The position numbers and the translations under genes were made by a program. Below the pieces are notes generated by a model. It did no database searches. It saw nothing but the letters and a program-made list of their open reading frames with translations, and was not told the DNA's origin. 64,000 nt of DNA, taken from contig JANRLD010000042.1 in the NCBI GenBank assembly GCA_033762915.1, positions 128,001 to 192,000 on the forward strand. Reading direction: 5' to 3'. Below are positions 46,854-60,564 of the stretch, piece by piece; position 1 is the first letter of the stretch, and each line of letters begins with the position of its first letter. This DNA comes from Meiothermus sp. Lineage in GTDB: Bacteria; Deinococcota; Deinococci; Deinococcales; Thermaceae.

Positions 46854-49838
46854 GTGAACCGACTGGCGCTGCACTTACTGGGAAACCCGTACCTCGAGTC
46901 GGGCGGTGAGCGCATCGCCTTGGCTACCCGCAAGGCCCTGGCGCTGCTGGCCTACGTCGCGGTGGAGCGCCACGGGGCCAGCCGCGCCGAGCTGGCCGGC
47001 CTGCTGTGGCCGGAGAACCCCGAGGATCAAGCCAGAGCCAGCCTGCGCCAGGAACTCAGTCGGCTGAGCCAGCACATGGGCGAGGCGCTGCAAAAGCCCA
47101 GCCAGCAGGTGCTCCGGCTTTCCCCCGAACAGATCGACATAGACCTCTGGGCCTTCCAGGACGCCCTCGAGGCCAGCGACTACAAACAGGCCATCGCCCT
47201 GTACCGCGGCTCCTTCCTCCAGGGCCTGCATCTGCGCGACTCGGGCGAGTTCGAGAGCTGGCAGCAGCAGGTGCGGGAAAACCTGGCCCAGCACTACCTC
47301 GAGGCGCTCTACGCCCAGGCGGGCCTCGAGGAGGTGGGCGGCAATTCCGCCCAGGCCGTCGCCCTGCACCGCCAGGCCATCGCGGCCGACCCCCTGGCCG
47401 AGCGCCACTACCAGGCCGCGATTCGGATTCTGCGGGCTCAGGGCGATCAGGCAGGCGCCCTGCGCCTGCAGCAGACCTTGGGCCGGGCGCTCAACGAGGA
47501 ATTGGGCCTGGGCAAGGACCCTGCCGCGTCCCCTTCGCCCCCCGAACCCCCCGCCCCGCTCCGCCCGCCGCCCGCGCTCTCGGCGCTGGTCGGGCGCGCC
47601 CGGGAAATCGCCGACATCCTCGAGCTGCTGGCCCGCCCCGACTGCCGCCTCCTCAACCTGCTGGGGCCGGGCGGGATCGGCAAGACCCGCGTGGCCCAAG
47701 CGCTGGCGCAGGAGGTCAAGGACTCGAGGGTTTTGTGGGCGGCCCCCGGCGGCCGTGCCCTGTTGCCCGCGCTGATCGAGGGCCTGGGCCTGCAGCTGCG
47801 GGGGCAGGGCAACGCCCTCGAGGCCGTGGCCCATCAGCTCCGCGGCGAGCCGACCCTGCTGATCCTCGACGAGGCCGAGGAACTGCAAGAGGCGGGGGAA
47901 CTCGAGGGACTTCTGCGCGCTGCGCCGGGGCTCAAGGTCGTGCTGACCTCGAGGGTACGCTTCCGGCTGCGCAGCGAGTGGGTCTACGAGGTGCGGGGCC
48001 TCGAGTTCCCCGAGGAAGACCGCCTGATCCAGCGCAGCCAAGCCGCCGAACTCTTCCGCCGCTGTGCCCTCCGGGCCGACCCTCACTTCAGCCCTACGCC
48101 CGAAGACTGGGCCGCTGTGGCCCGTATCTGCCGGCTGCTCTCCGGGTTGCCGCTGGGCCTCGAGCTGGCTGCTGCCCTGACCCGCGTGATGAGCTGCCGC
48201 GAGATAGCCGAGCAGCTGGGCCAGGACCTGGGGCTGCTCGAGGGCGGCCTCTCTGACCTTTCCCTGCGCCACAGCAGCCTGAGCGGGGTGCTGGAGAGCA
48301 GCCTGGCCCGACTCGAGCCGGGCCATCGGCAAACCCTGGTCAACCTCGCGGTCTTCGAGACGGCCTTCGGGCTCGAGGCCGCCAAGGCCGTGGCGGGCGC
48401 GACCCCGCAGGCGCTGGGCGTCCTGCTCGACCGGGCCCTGCTGCAAAAGCAGCCCGAGGGCTACCGCATCCTGACCGTCATTCGCCAGCACCTCTTGCCC
48501 CAGGTGCCTGCCGGCGTGCGCCAAGCCCACGCAGAGTTCTTTGCCCGCCAGCTCAAATCCCACGAGCAGGGGATGCGCGGGGGAAACCAGGGTGGCGCGC
48601 TCCCGCTGTTCACCCGCCAGTTCGCCGACCTCAGGGCCGCCTGGAACTGGGCCGTCGCCGGCGCCAAAGACGAAATCGCCCTCGAGATGATCGACGGCCT
48701 CTTCCTGATTTTCGAGCTGCGCGGCTGGTTCGGCGAGGGCGAGGCCATGATGGCCCGGGCCGCCGAGTGCCCCAACCCGCTGCTGCGGAGCCTGGCGCTG
48801 GGGCGGCAAGGGCGTTTGCAGTACCGCCTGGGCGAGGCGACCAAGGCCCAGCAATCCATCGAGCGGAGCCTGCAGGTCGGGCAGGGCGTGATCGACGGGT
48901 ACGAGACCGCCTTCGCCCTCAACAACCTGGGGATGGCCCACCTGGGGCTGGGGCAGGCGGCGCGGGCCAGGGAACTGTTCGGGCGGAGCCTCGAGATGCG
49001 CCGACAGCAGAACCGTCCCTGGGGCCTGGGCAACGCGCTGTACAACCTGGGCAGCGTGGCCCTGCTCCAGGGGGAGTTCGAGTCGGCCCAGGGCTATTTC
49101 CAGGAGTCGCTGGAGGTCTACCGCGGCCTGGGCGACCTGCGCGGCATCAGCCTGGCGCTGGCCGGGCTGGGCCAGGCCTGGACTTCGCTGGGCGAGTACG
49201 CCCTGGCCAAGGAGATGTTCCGCCAGAGCCTCTCCTACGGCGAGCAATTGGCCGACCCCTTTGCCGAGGCCAACGCCCACCTGGGCCTGGGCACCGTTGC
49301 GGGCATCGAGCGGCGCAACGAGGAGTGCCAGGCCCACCTGCAGACCAGCCTCGAGGCCGCCTACCAGACCGGCGACGCCGTGACCATCGGGCGGGCGCTG
49401 GTAGGGCTGGGCCGCTTGGCCATGCGCGACGAGAAGCCCGAGCGGGGTTACAAGCTGCACCGCCAGGCCCTCGAGCGCTTCCAGGGCAGCCGCTACCCCT
49501 GGGGCGAGGTGCTGGCCCACGTCCACCTGGGGCGCAGCTACCACCACGCGGGCGAGGCCGCCGAGAGCCGTGCCCACTACCGCATGGCCCTCGAGCAGGC
49601 CGCACGCCTCGGGGCCAAGCCCCTGATGCTGCGGGCGCTGGCCGGACTGCTGCCGACCTTGGAGGCCAGCTTCGCCGGGCCGATTGCGGCGATGATCGCC
49701 GGGCACCCCAGCGCCGAGGCGTGGGTGCGGGAAGAGGCGAAGTTGAGGGGGAAGAGGGAAGAGCCAGGAGGGAAGAAAGGGAGGGCGAAGGTGGTGGGGC
49801 TCGAGGAGGCGGTGGAGATCGCCCTAAGGGCCCTTTGA
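46854..49838 (+). CDS. BTAD + NB-ARC-like ATPase + TPR transcriptional regulator
   Basis: RKALALLAY, SLRQEL, DPLAE, GPGGIGKT, LILDEAE, LTSR, GLPLGLELAA, ALNNLG TPR repeats. Confidence 0.9.
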   Translation: MNRLALHLLGNPYLESGGERIALATRKALALLAYVAVERHGASRAELAGLLWPENPEDQARASLRQELSRLSQHMGEALQKPSQQVLRLSPEQIDIDLWAFQDALEASDYKQAIALYRGSFLQGLHLRDSGEFESWQQQVRENLAQHYLEALYAQAGLEEVGGNSAQAVALHRQAIAADPLAERHYQAAIRILRAQGDQAGALRLQQTLGRALNEELGLGKDPAASPSPPEPPAPLRPPPALSALVGRAREIADILELLARPDCRLLNLLGPGGIGKTRVAQALAQEVKDSRVLWAAPGGRALLPALIEGLGLQLRGQGNALEAVAHQLRGEPTLLILDEAEELQEAGELEGLLRAAPGLKVVLTSRVRFRLRSEWVYEVRGLEFPEEDRLIQRSQAAELFRRCALRADPHFSPTPEDWAAVARICRLLSGLPLGLELAAALTRVMSCREIAEQLGQDLGLLEGGLSDLSLRHSSLSGVLESSLARLEPGHRQTLVNLAVFETAFGLEAAKAVAGATPQALGVLLDRALLQKQPEGYRILTVIRQHLLPQVPAGVRQAHAEFFARQLKSHEQGMRGGNQGGALPLFTRQFADLRAAWNWAVAGAKDEIALEMIDGLFLIFELRGWFGEGEAMMARAAECPNPLLRSLALGRQGRLQYRLGEATKAQQSIERSLQVGQGVIDGYETAFALNNLGMAHLGLGQAARARELFGRSLEMRRQQNRPWGLGNALYNLGSVALLQGEFESAQGYFQESLEVYRGLGDLRGISLALAGLGQAWTSLGEYALAKEMFRQSLSYGEQLADPFAEANAHLGLGTVAGIERRNEECQAHLQTSLEAAYQTGDAVTIGRALVGLGRLAMRDEKPERGYKLHRQALERFQGSRYPWGEVLAHVHLGRSYHHAGEAAESRAHYRMALEQAARLGAKPLMLRALAGLLPTLEASFAGPIAAMIAGHPSAEAWVREEAKLRGKREEPGGKKGRAKVVGLEEAVEIALRAL

Positions 49839-49899
49839 GGGCCGGTTTTGGTAGGGCCGGCCAGCGATCCCTCCGGTTTTTCGTGTTGTATAATCTTCG

Positions 49900-50187
49900 A
49901 GTAGGGAAGAGTAGGCCGAGGTAGCACCGACAGGGAGAGCCGTTCACAGATTGAGAGACGGCTCAGGCTGCGCCCGACCGAACGTCGCCCGAAGCAGCAG
50001 TCACGGAAGAACGGGTTTGTGCCTCAGTAGAACCGTGCGGGTTCGCCCGAAACAGCGAGTTCGAGTGCTTGAGCAGGCGTGCATAGCCCATAGGTCAAGT
50101 CAGCTATCAGCCCCTCAAGAAGCGCGGTGGTAACGCGGGAACTTTTCTCGTCCGTGCAGCGAAAGCTGTGCGGCGTTTTTGTTTTGC
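49900..50187 (+). ncRNA. T-box riboswitch leader, valine-specific
   Basis: TATAAT at 49889; AGGGAAGAGTAG, CAGGGAGAG and TTGAGA stem I motifs; probable specifier GTC at 49984-49986; GAA/AGTA stem II; T-box AAGCGCGGTGGTAACGCG at 50120-50137 with antiterminator pairing; terminator CCGTGCAGC-GAAA-GCTGTGCGG plus T tract. Confidence 0.88.
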
Positions 50188-50234
50188 CTTCAGCCGTTAG
50201 CCCTCAACGCTCAACCCCGTTGAAAGGAGCACCT

Positions 50235-51029
50235 ATGGCCTACCCGATAGACCCCCGCAACCCCTCCCTGCCCGAAGCCTGGAAGAAGCAGCCTGCGTAC
50301 GTTCTCGAGATAGCTACCCTGGTGCGACACCGGCCCGACAACTCCGAAGACGCGGAATGGAAGCTCGAGCAGCTCTTCCCTGGTTGGTATGTCAGCCACG
50401 ACATCAAGGAGGACTGGTTCGACCCCCTCGACGATGCCAGCGGCCCCGAGCAGTACGAAGCCATCTTCGCCAAACTGCCCGAGTTGCAATCCAGCTACCT
50501 CGAGCAGTGCGTCCAGAAGGCGGGCGAGTTTTTCCGCACCAACGACTTTCGCAAGGCCGAGGGATTGGCCAAACTCTTCGCCGGGCGCAGCGGCGGCTAC
50601 ATCACGCCTGAGCAGCGCCAGAGTTTGGTCTCGCAAATCAACACCCCCATTTTCCAGAGGGGCAGCGGTGCAATTCGGCAGGCCTTTGTTGAACTCGAGG
50701 GTGGCTTTGCGGTGGCGGGAGTGATTTTTCAAGAACTCGAGTACCCCACCTACATCACCCCGTTCGTGTCGGCTACCAATCCCGTCCTGACCCTGATTGG
50801 GCGCGAGGTGGTGGTCTGTAAAGATTTGGAATACGAAACTCCGCTGGCCCAAGGGCTGCTCGAGCTGGACGGCAACCGTCTAGTGGTGGGGAGTTGGAAT
50901 CAGGACTTCGGCGAGGCCGAGGTAGACGGAACGCCTTTCGAGGATGTGGAAATCAGCAGTAGCGGGGGCGGTTTCTTTATCTGTGAAAAGACCTCCTTCC
51001 AAACCTACTACGCCGAGGAAACCCCATGA
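50235..51029 (+). CDS. Hypothetical protein, paralogue 1 of an unrecognised family
   Basis: RBS AAAGGAG; shares LP.xW...GW[YW]V, NP, GNRL.VG.W...F motifs with the next two ORFs. Confidence 0.8.
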   Translation: MAYPIDPRNPSLPEAWKKQPAYVLEIATLVRHRPDNSEDAEWKLEQLFPGWYVSHDIKEDWFDPLDDASGPEQYEAIFAKLPELQSSYLEQCVQKAGEFFRTNDFRKAEGLAKLFAGRSGGYITPEQRQSLVSQINTPIFQRGSGAIRQAFVELEGGFAVAGVIFQELEYPTYITPFVSATNPVLTLIGREVVVCKDLEYETPLAQGLLELDGNRLVVGSWNQDFGEAEVDGTPFEDVEISSSGGGFFICEKTSFQTYYAEETP

Positions 51030-51700
51030 AACCGCCCAAAGAGTGGCTCGAGACCCCCCACTACGAGTTGCACATGGCCTGGCTGACCGCCAAGCGGGAT
51101 GAGCGCATCGCCCCCGAGGCCGAGGAGCTACAAGACCACCCCGGCTGGTGGGTTTGGTGCAAGATCAACTCTTTCCGCAACAGCGTGAAGCCGGTGGTCG
51201 AGCTGGCGCTGAGCGAGGCCACCGACTCGATCAAAAACTGGCAACTCGACCAGAACCCCGAGTTCAGCCAGAACAAGAAGGCCCCCCACCAGGCCGAGCC
51301 GCCCGAGCGCGAGGAGCTGATCCGGCGGCTGCTCGAGTCGCGGCGCACCGAGGTCGGCGACGACGGCCTGATGTACGAGCTGTTCCAGCCCTACGGCGAC
51401 TTCGCGCTCTTGGCACAGGTCTTCTTCGCGCCCTTCCGCGAGGATTTCAAAACAACTTTTGGGGCCGCCAACAACCCGGCCCGCAGCCTCGAGGGCCGGG
51501 TATGCAAGCTGATTGACTTCGAGACCGACGAGGTGTTCTCCCAGGGCGGCGTGAGTATGCAGGGCAACCGCCTGACGGTGGGGTTCTGGTCGAAGGAGTT
51601 CGCGGGGAACTTGGAAGTGGGCGGGGTAGCCTACGCCGAGGCCTTCTGGGAGAGCGGCGGGGTGGAGTTTTATTTGTACAGGCTCGAGGGGGGCGAATGA
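51026..51700 (+). CDS. Hypothetical protein, paralogue 2
   Basis: ATGA overlap with the previous gene; YGDFAL, TTFGAANNP.RSLE, GNRLTVG.W. Confidence 0.82.
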   Translation: MKPPKEWLETPHYELHMAWLTAKRDERIAPEAEELQDHPGWWVWCKINSFRNSVKPVVELALSEATDSIKNWQLDQNPEFSQNKKAPHQAEPPEREELIRRLLESRRTEVGDDGLMYELFQPYGDFALLAQVFFAPFREDFKTTFGAANNPARSLEGRVCKLIDFETDEVFSQGGVSMQGNRLTVGFWSKEFAGNLEVGGVAYAEAFWESGGVEFYLYRLEGGE

Positions 51701-52412
51701 TGGGAAAGTTCAGGAAGAAGCAGGACGAGCCCAACCTGCCCAAAGAGTGGCACAGAACCACGGCGTTCGACGCCTACATGGCCTGGTTCACCAACGACCC
51801 CGAAAAGCGCTACAGTGAAGAGTCGCAAGAACACCTCGAACATAAGGGCTGGTGGGTGCATCTGCCGGTCGTGAACGCGCTTGACGGAATCGCCGACAGC
51901 CAGGTGCAGGCCCTACAGATCATCAAAAACGGAATGCTCAACTGGAAACTCGAGCGAGGCCGGGACAGAGCCCCGGTGCAGCTCTCGAGCCAGGAACTCA
52001 AGGCCCTATGGGAGCGGTTTCGTTCGGCCAAACTCGACCCGCCTAGAGACGGCGTTGTGTACAGCCTGTTCGAGGTGTACGGCGACTTTGCGCTCAAGGC
52101 AGAGATTGACTTCACCTCGTTTTCCCGCGAGTTCTCGACCACTTTCGGCAGCGCCAACAACCCGATCCGCAGCCTGGAGCAGAAACACTGTCGTCTGCTG
52201 GACAACTTGTCCGAGGAAGAGGTCATCTTGGGTGAGGGCTATCCCAGGCTCGAGGGCAACCGTCTGACCGTCGGGGAGTGGACGGAGGAGTTCGACCCCA
52301 GCCTCGAGGTGTGGGGCTCGGCCTACAGCGAGGCCATGTGGGAGACCGAGGACGAAGGCTACTGGCTTATCGCCACATACAAGAACAACCAAGAGGAAGT
52401 TGAGGAACAACC

Positions 52413-52416
<4 letters not shown>
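51697..52416 (+). CDS. Hypothetical protein, paralogue 3
   Basis: ATGA overlaps at both ends; YGDFAL, TTFGSANNP.RSLE, GNRLTVGEW. Confidence 0.82.
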
Positions 52417-55460
<3,044 letters not shown>

Positions 55461-55478
55461 GCCCTGGAGCGGATTCGG

Positions 55479-55500
55479 AGGGGGATTCATGAATCCCCCT
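55479..55500. repeat. Perfect 22-bp palindrome (REP-like or terminator) after valS
   Basis: AGGGGGATTCATGAATCCCCCT. Confidence 0.65.
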
Positions 55501-55509
55501 ATCCCTTGC

Positions 55510-55552
55510 TTGACAACTGACCGCCGGTCATTTATTATATGACCACTGGTCA
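55510..55552 (+). promoter_or_regulatory. Promoter with two TetR-type operators
   Basis: TTGACA-17-TATTAT; palindromes TGACC-N3-GGTCA at 55518-55530 and 55540-55552. Confidence 0.8.
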
Positions 55553-55555
55553 GTT

Positions 55556-56197
55556 ATGAGCAAACTCCGCGCCCGCAACACCGAAGACAAAGAAGCCCGC
55601 CGCGAGCAGATCCTTGCCGAGGCGCTGGCGATGTGGGAAGAGGTGGACTACTCCGACTTCACCATGGGCGCCCTGGCCGCCCGCCTTGGGCTGGCTAAGG
55701 GTACCCTCTACTTGTACTTCCCGACCAAGGAGGAACTCTTCCTCACCGTGTTCGAGCGGCTGCTGGGCGAGTGGTTCGACCTGCTCGAGGCGCGCCTCGC
55801 CAGGGGCCAGTGGGGCGCACCCAAGCTGGCCCGGCTGTTCGCCGAGACCTTGGCCGAGCGCCCCGAGCTGGCCCGCCTGTTCCCGCTGCTGGAAGGCATC
55901 CTCGAGCACAACATCACCCTCGAGAAGGCCAGGGCCTACAAGGGCTGGCTGTTGGGCCGGGCCGCCCCGATTGCCGCGCGGCTGGAGCAGCACCTGGGTC
56001 TGGGCGAAGCGCGGGGCGTGAGGGCGCTGGCCTACGCCCAGGCGCTGGTGTCCGGCCTGCGGCAGATGTCCGACCACTCGCCCGAGGTGCGCGAGGCGCT
56101 GGACCAGCCGCCCCTGAGCGTGCTTCGGGTGGAGTTCCACCCCGACCTCGAGGCCGCCCTGGCCGCGCTGTTCGCCGGGCTAAGGGAGAAACCATGA
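55556..56197 (+). CDS. TetR-family transcriptional regulator
   Basis: LAARLGLAKGTLYLYFPTKEELF. Confidence 0.92.
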   Translation: MSKLRARNTEDKEARREQILAEALAMWEEVDYSDFTMGALAARLGLAKGTLYLYFPTKEELFLTVFERLLGEWFDLLEARLARGQWGAPKLARLFAETLAERPELARLFPLLEGILEHNITLEKARAYKGWLLGRAAPIAARLEQHLGLGEARGVRALAYAQALVSGLRQMSDHSPEVREALDQPPLSVLRVEFHPDLEAALAALFAGLREKP

Positions 56198-56493
56198 TCG
56201 TTGTTTCCGGAACCGTGAGGGTCAGGCCTGGGCTGCGTCAGGAGGCGGTCGAGCGGGCTGTTTGGATGCAGGCTCTGGTGGAGTCCGAGCCGGGCTGTCT
56301 GAGCTACCGCTTCTACGCCGACCTCGAGCACCCCGACCTGTTCCGCGTATTCGAGGTCTGGGAGTCCGACGCCGCCCTGAAGGTCCACTTCCAGACCCCC
56401 CACATGGCCGAGTTCAACCGCGCCCTGGCCGGGCTGCTGGCCGAAAAGCCCCAGATCACCCGCTACGCAGTTTCCGAGCACACAAGCTTTTAA
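56194..56493 (+). CDS. Antibiotic-biosynthesis-monooxygenase family (putative quinol monooxygenase)
   Basis: EPGCLSYRF, FEVWES, HFQTPHM; ATGA overlap with TetR gene. Confidence 0.85.
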   Translation: MIVVSGTVRVRPGLRQEAVERAVWMQALVESEPGCLSYRFYADLEHPDLFRVFEVWESDAALKVHFQTPHMAEFNRALAGLLAEKPQITRYAVSEHTSF

Positions 56494-56503
56494 GGAGGAC
56501 ATT

Positions 56504-57295
56504 ATGGCAAACCCAACCGCACTCATCACCGGCGCGTCCGGCGGCATCGGCGAGGAGCTGGCCCGGGTCTTCGCGGCAAACGGGCACGACGTGGTGCTGG
56601 CGGCCCGCAGCGCTGCTAAGCTCGAGGCCCTGGCCGCCGAGCTGAGCGCTAAGCACAAGGTCCGGGCGTACGCAGTTGCCGCCGACCTGACCGACCCCAA
56701 AGCGCCGGGGCAGTTGCTCGAGCGGGTCGCCGCGCTGGGGCTGACGGTGGATGTGCTGGTGAACAACGCGGGCTTCGCCGACTTCGGGGAGTTCCACAAG
56801 TCCGACCTGGGGAAGCAGCTCGAGATGATGCAGGTCAACATGGTCGCCCTGACCGAACTCAGCCACCGGGTGCTGCCGGGGATGGTGGCGCGGCGCAAGG
56901 GGAGAATCCTCAACGTGGGCAGCACTGGTTCCTTCATGCCCGGCCCGCTGATGTCGGTCTACTACGCCACCAAAGCCTTCGTGCTTTCCGTCTCCGAGGC
57001 GTGGCAAGAGGAACTCAAAGGGACGGGCGTCAGCGTGACTGCGCTGTGCCCGGGCCCGGTCGCCACCGGCTTCCAGAAGGCCGCTGCAATGGAGGGCTCG
57101 AGGCTGCTCTCCAACCCCATGAACCCCATGATGCCTGTGGGCGTGGTCGCCAAGGAGGGCTACGACGCGCTGATGGCGGGCAAGACCATCGTGATTCCGG
57201 GCCTGATGAACCGGGTGTTGGCGGTCACCCCCAGGCTGCTGCCGCGCCGCTTCGTGCCGGCCATTGTGAAGCAGGCTTCGGTGCGGGAGCATTAA
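56504..57295 (+). CDS. SDR family oxidoreductase
   Basis: TGASGGIG, VNNAG, YYATK, LCPGPV; RBS AAGGAGG. Confidence 0.92.
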   Translation: MANPTALITGASGGIGEELARVFAANGHDVVLAARSAAKLEALAAELSAKHKVRAYAVAADLTDPKAPGQLLERVAALGLTVDVLVNNAGFADFGEFHKSDLGKQLEMMQVNMVALTELSHRVLPGMVARRKGRILNVGSTGSFMPGPLMSVYYATKAFVLSVSEAWQEELKGTGVSVTALCPGPVATGFQKAAAMEGSRLLSNPMNPMMPVGVVAKEGYDALMAGKTIVIPGLMNRVLAVTPRLLPRRFVPAIVKQASVREH

Positions 57296-57405
57296 GTGGC
57301 TCCACTGCTAAAATGCGAAATACCGCCCCAATCGAAGGGAAATGCGCCAGGAACGTAGCTGCCACGTCCGCCGCTTTCGAAAATCTACCCTGGCGCAACT
57401 TGGTG

Positions 57406-57700
57406 ATCGCGTTTCCCACCCATACTCCGCCCACAGTGCCGCGCTAAAGCGGGTGCTAAAGCGTGCGCTAAAGCGTGCGCTAAAGCGGAGATTCTGTTGG
57501 CGAAGTCGGGGTGCAACTCGAGAAGTCGTGTCTTCATCGGTATCTCAATCCTCGCTTTATCGCCCAGATTTGGAGTTCGCCAACAGAATCAGCGGAGTAG
57601 TGTACTCGGTAGGGCGGCTGTTGCCCTACCGAGTGTTCGTGGCAACCGCTCTACAGCAAAAACCGCCCGCTTTAGCGCCGTAGGGAGTAGGCTTGGGAAC
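57406..57700. repeat. Composite repeat with imperfect terminal inverted repeats and four 12-bp GYGCTAAAGCGK units (MITE-like)
   Basis: Left end TTCCCACCCATACTCC...GCGCTAAAGCGGG resembles the reverse complement of the right end; modules shared with 34264-34380, 45161-45251 and 6274-6289. Confidence 0.7.
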
Positions 57701-57736
57701 TGCTCTCAGTTTTCAACGCCAAAGGATTATCTGGTT

Positions 57737-58762
57737 TCATCGCTGGGTTGTTTTTGGTGGTGGAGCACAACTGCCCCGCCGAATCAGTTTGCCAGGGAAG
57801 CGCTTGCGCACCACCTTGTCCAAAGTCTGATGCTCTACGGCATCCAGCACGATCTTCACAGCCGCCTTGCCCATATCCTCGACGGGTTGTTCAATCACAT
57901 CCAGCGGTGGGTCAACCAAGCCTGTCCAGGAGTAGTTGTCGAAGGTCAGCAGCGAAACATCATAGGGGATGCTTAGGCCCAGTTCCCTAATCGCCTTGAA
58001 GGCACCTGCGGCCTCCATGCCGGTGAGCGAAAACAGCACGGTCGGGGGCGTGGGTAGTTGCATCAGCTCGAGGGTCTGCTGGTAGGCGGCCTCCTCGGTG
58101 CGCTCGATGACTTTTTGGTATTCGGGAATGGGGGAGAGGCCCACTGCTTCCAGCGCTTCGGGGAAGACCCTCGAGCGCTCGTCGGGTGTGAGCACGGGGT
58201 CGTAGCCGCCCAGCGTGGCGATGCGCCGGTGGCCCAGGTCGTAGAGGTAGCGCACGCCTTCGCTCATGCACCCCTTGGCATCGAGCAGCACGTAGCTGAA
58301 GGGGCTGTCGGGGTAGCGGTGGTCGATCTCCAAGATATAGGTTCCGCGGGCGTGCATCTGCCGGAGGTACTCGAGGTTGGGCGAGCCGAAGGCCGAGCGG
58401 ATGATCAGTCCGCTCACCCGGTGGCCGCTGAACATCTTGAGGTTTTGCAGCTCGAGCCGCGACTCGTACTCGGCGTCGGCGATCATCAGGGCGTAGTCGT
58501 GGCCGCGCACGTGCTTGGCGACGGTGCGGATGAGTTCGGCGAAGAAGGGTTCGATGATGTTGCCCACCATCAGCCCCAGGGTCTGGGTGCGCCCGCGCCG
58601 CAGGCTGCCCGCGAGCTGGTCGGGCTCGTAGCCGAGCTCGGCGATGGCGCGCCGGACGCGCTCGAGGGTGGCGGGTTTGAGCAAGTGTGGCTCGTGGATG
58701 GCCCGTTTCGCCGTGGTGGGCGCGACCCCCGCATGCTTGGCAACGTCGAGAATGTTGGGCAC
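57737..58762 (-). CDS. LacI-family transcriptional regulator
   Basis: ILDVAKHAGVAPTT, ELGYEPD, HRRIA, IPYDVSL; GTG start 6 nt after TACAAT. Confidence 0.9.
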   Translation of the reverse strand: MPNILDVAKHAGVAPTTAKRAIHEPHLLKPATLERVRRAIAELGYEPDQLAGSLRRGRTQTLGLMVGNIIEPFFAELIRTVAKHVRGHDYALMIADAEYESRLELQNLKMFSGHRVSGLIIRSAFGSPNLEYLRQMHARGTYILEIDHRYPDSPFSYVLLDAKGCMSEGVRYLYDLGHRRIATLGGYDPVLTPDERSRVFPEALEAVGLSPIPEYQKVIERTEEAAYQQTLELMQLPTPPTVLFSLTGMEAAGAFKAIRELGLSIPYDVSLLTFDNYSWTGLVDPPLDVIEQPVEDMGKAAVKIVLDAVEHQTLDKVVRKRFPGKLIRRGSCAPPPKTTQR

Positions 58763-58911
58763 GTGACCATTGTAACAAACTGCGGCTTGACAAACAAAGA
58801 GGACGTGCGTATTCTTTTGGACACGAGACCATAAGGCCAGTTGAGGTGTTGACATGCCGTTGTCGCAGAGGGCTCCTCATGGATTTTTGGACAAAATGGT
58901 CACGTGTCCAT
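58756..58911. promoter_or_regulatory. Three LacI-type operators TGGNCACGWGNCCA in the divergent promoter region
   Basis: TGGGCACGTGACCA at 58756, TGGACACGAGACCA at 58818, TGGTCACGTGTCCA at 58897. Confidence 0.75.
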
Positions 58912-58957
58912 CCGAAAAAAGTTCAGCGGTACCACAGGTTGATCCGGGAGGAAACGT

Positions 58958-60277
<1,320 letters not shown>

Positions 60278-60564
60278 GCGGGCCTCGAGCTGAGCCCGCC
60301 CCCGAGCCAACCTACCCACACCGTTGTCATTCTGAGCGCAAGGAAGGGCGAAAAGTCTCCCAGAGGCGTACACCGCCGACACAGCCGACCACCCTGACGC
60401 GCCGAGGAGATTGGGATTGCCAGGGGCGCCAAGCGCCCCTCAAAATGACAACGGTCTAGCCGGTCGGTCCTCCGACTGCCCGAAAAAGTGCTCCACAGAC
60501 CCCCATAGCCCCGTCCCTGGCCGGGTGGTGAGCCTCCTTAGCCCGGCCAAGTTGTTTCAGAGTC

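Noticed and set aside
46875..49706. 943-aa antisense ORF and similar long opposite-strand or alternate-frame ORFs (e.g. 13787-15502, 52809-54200, 59024-60382)
   Set aside because: Expected stop-poor shadows of high-GC3 genes; no motifs or RBS
50127..50234. Upstream start for paralogue 1
   Set aside because: Falls inside the T-box antiterminator/terminator; AAAGGAG supports ATG 50235
57441..57488. GCGCTAAAGCG tandem arrays as CRISPR arrays
   Set aside because: Units are 11-12 bp and contiguous, with no unique spacers and no cas genes in the window
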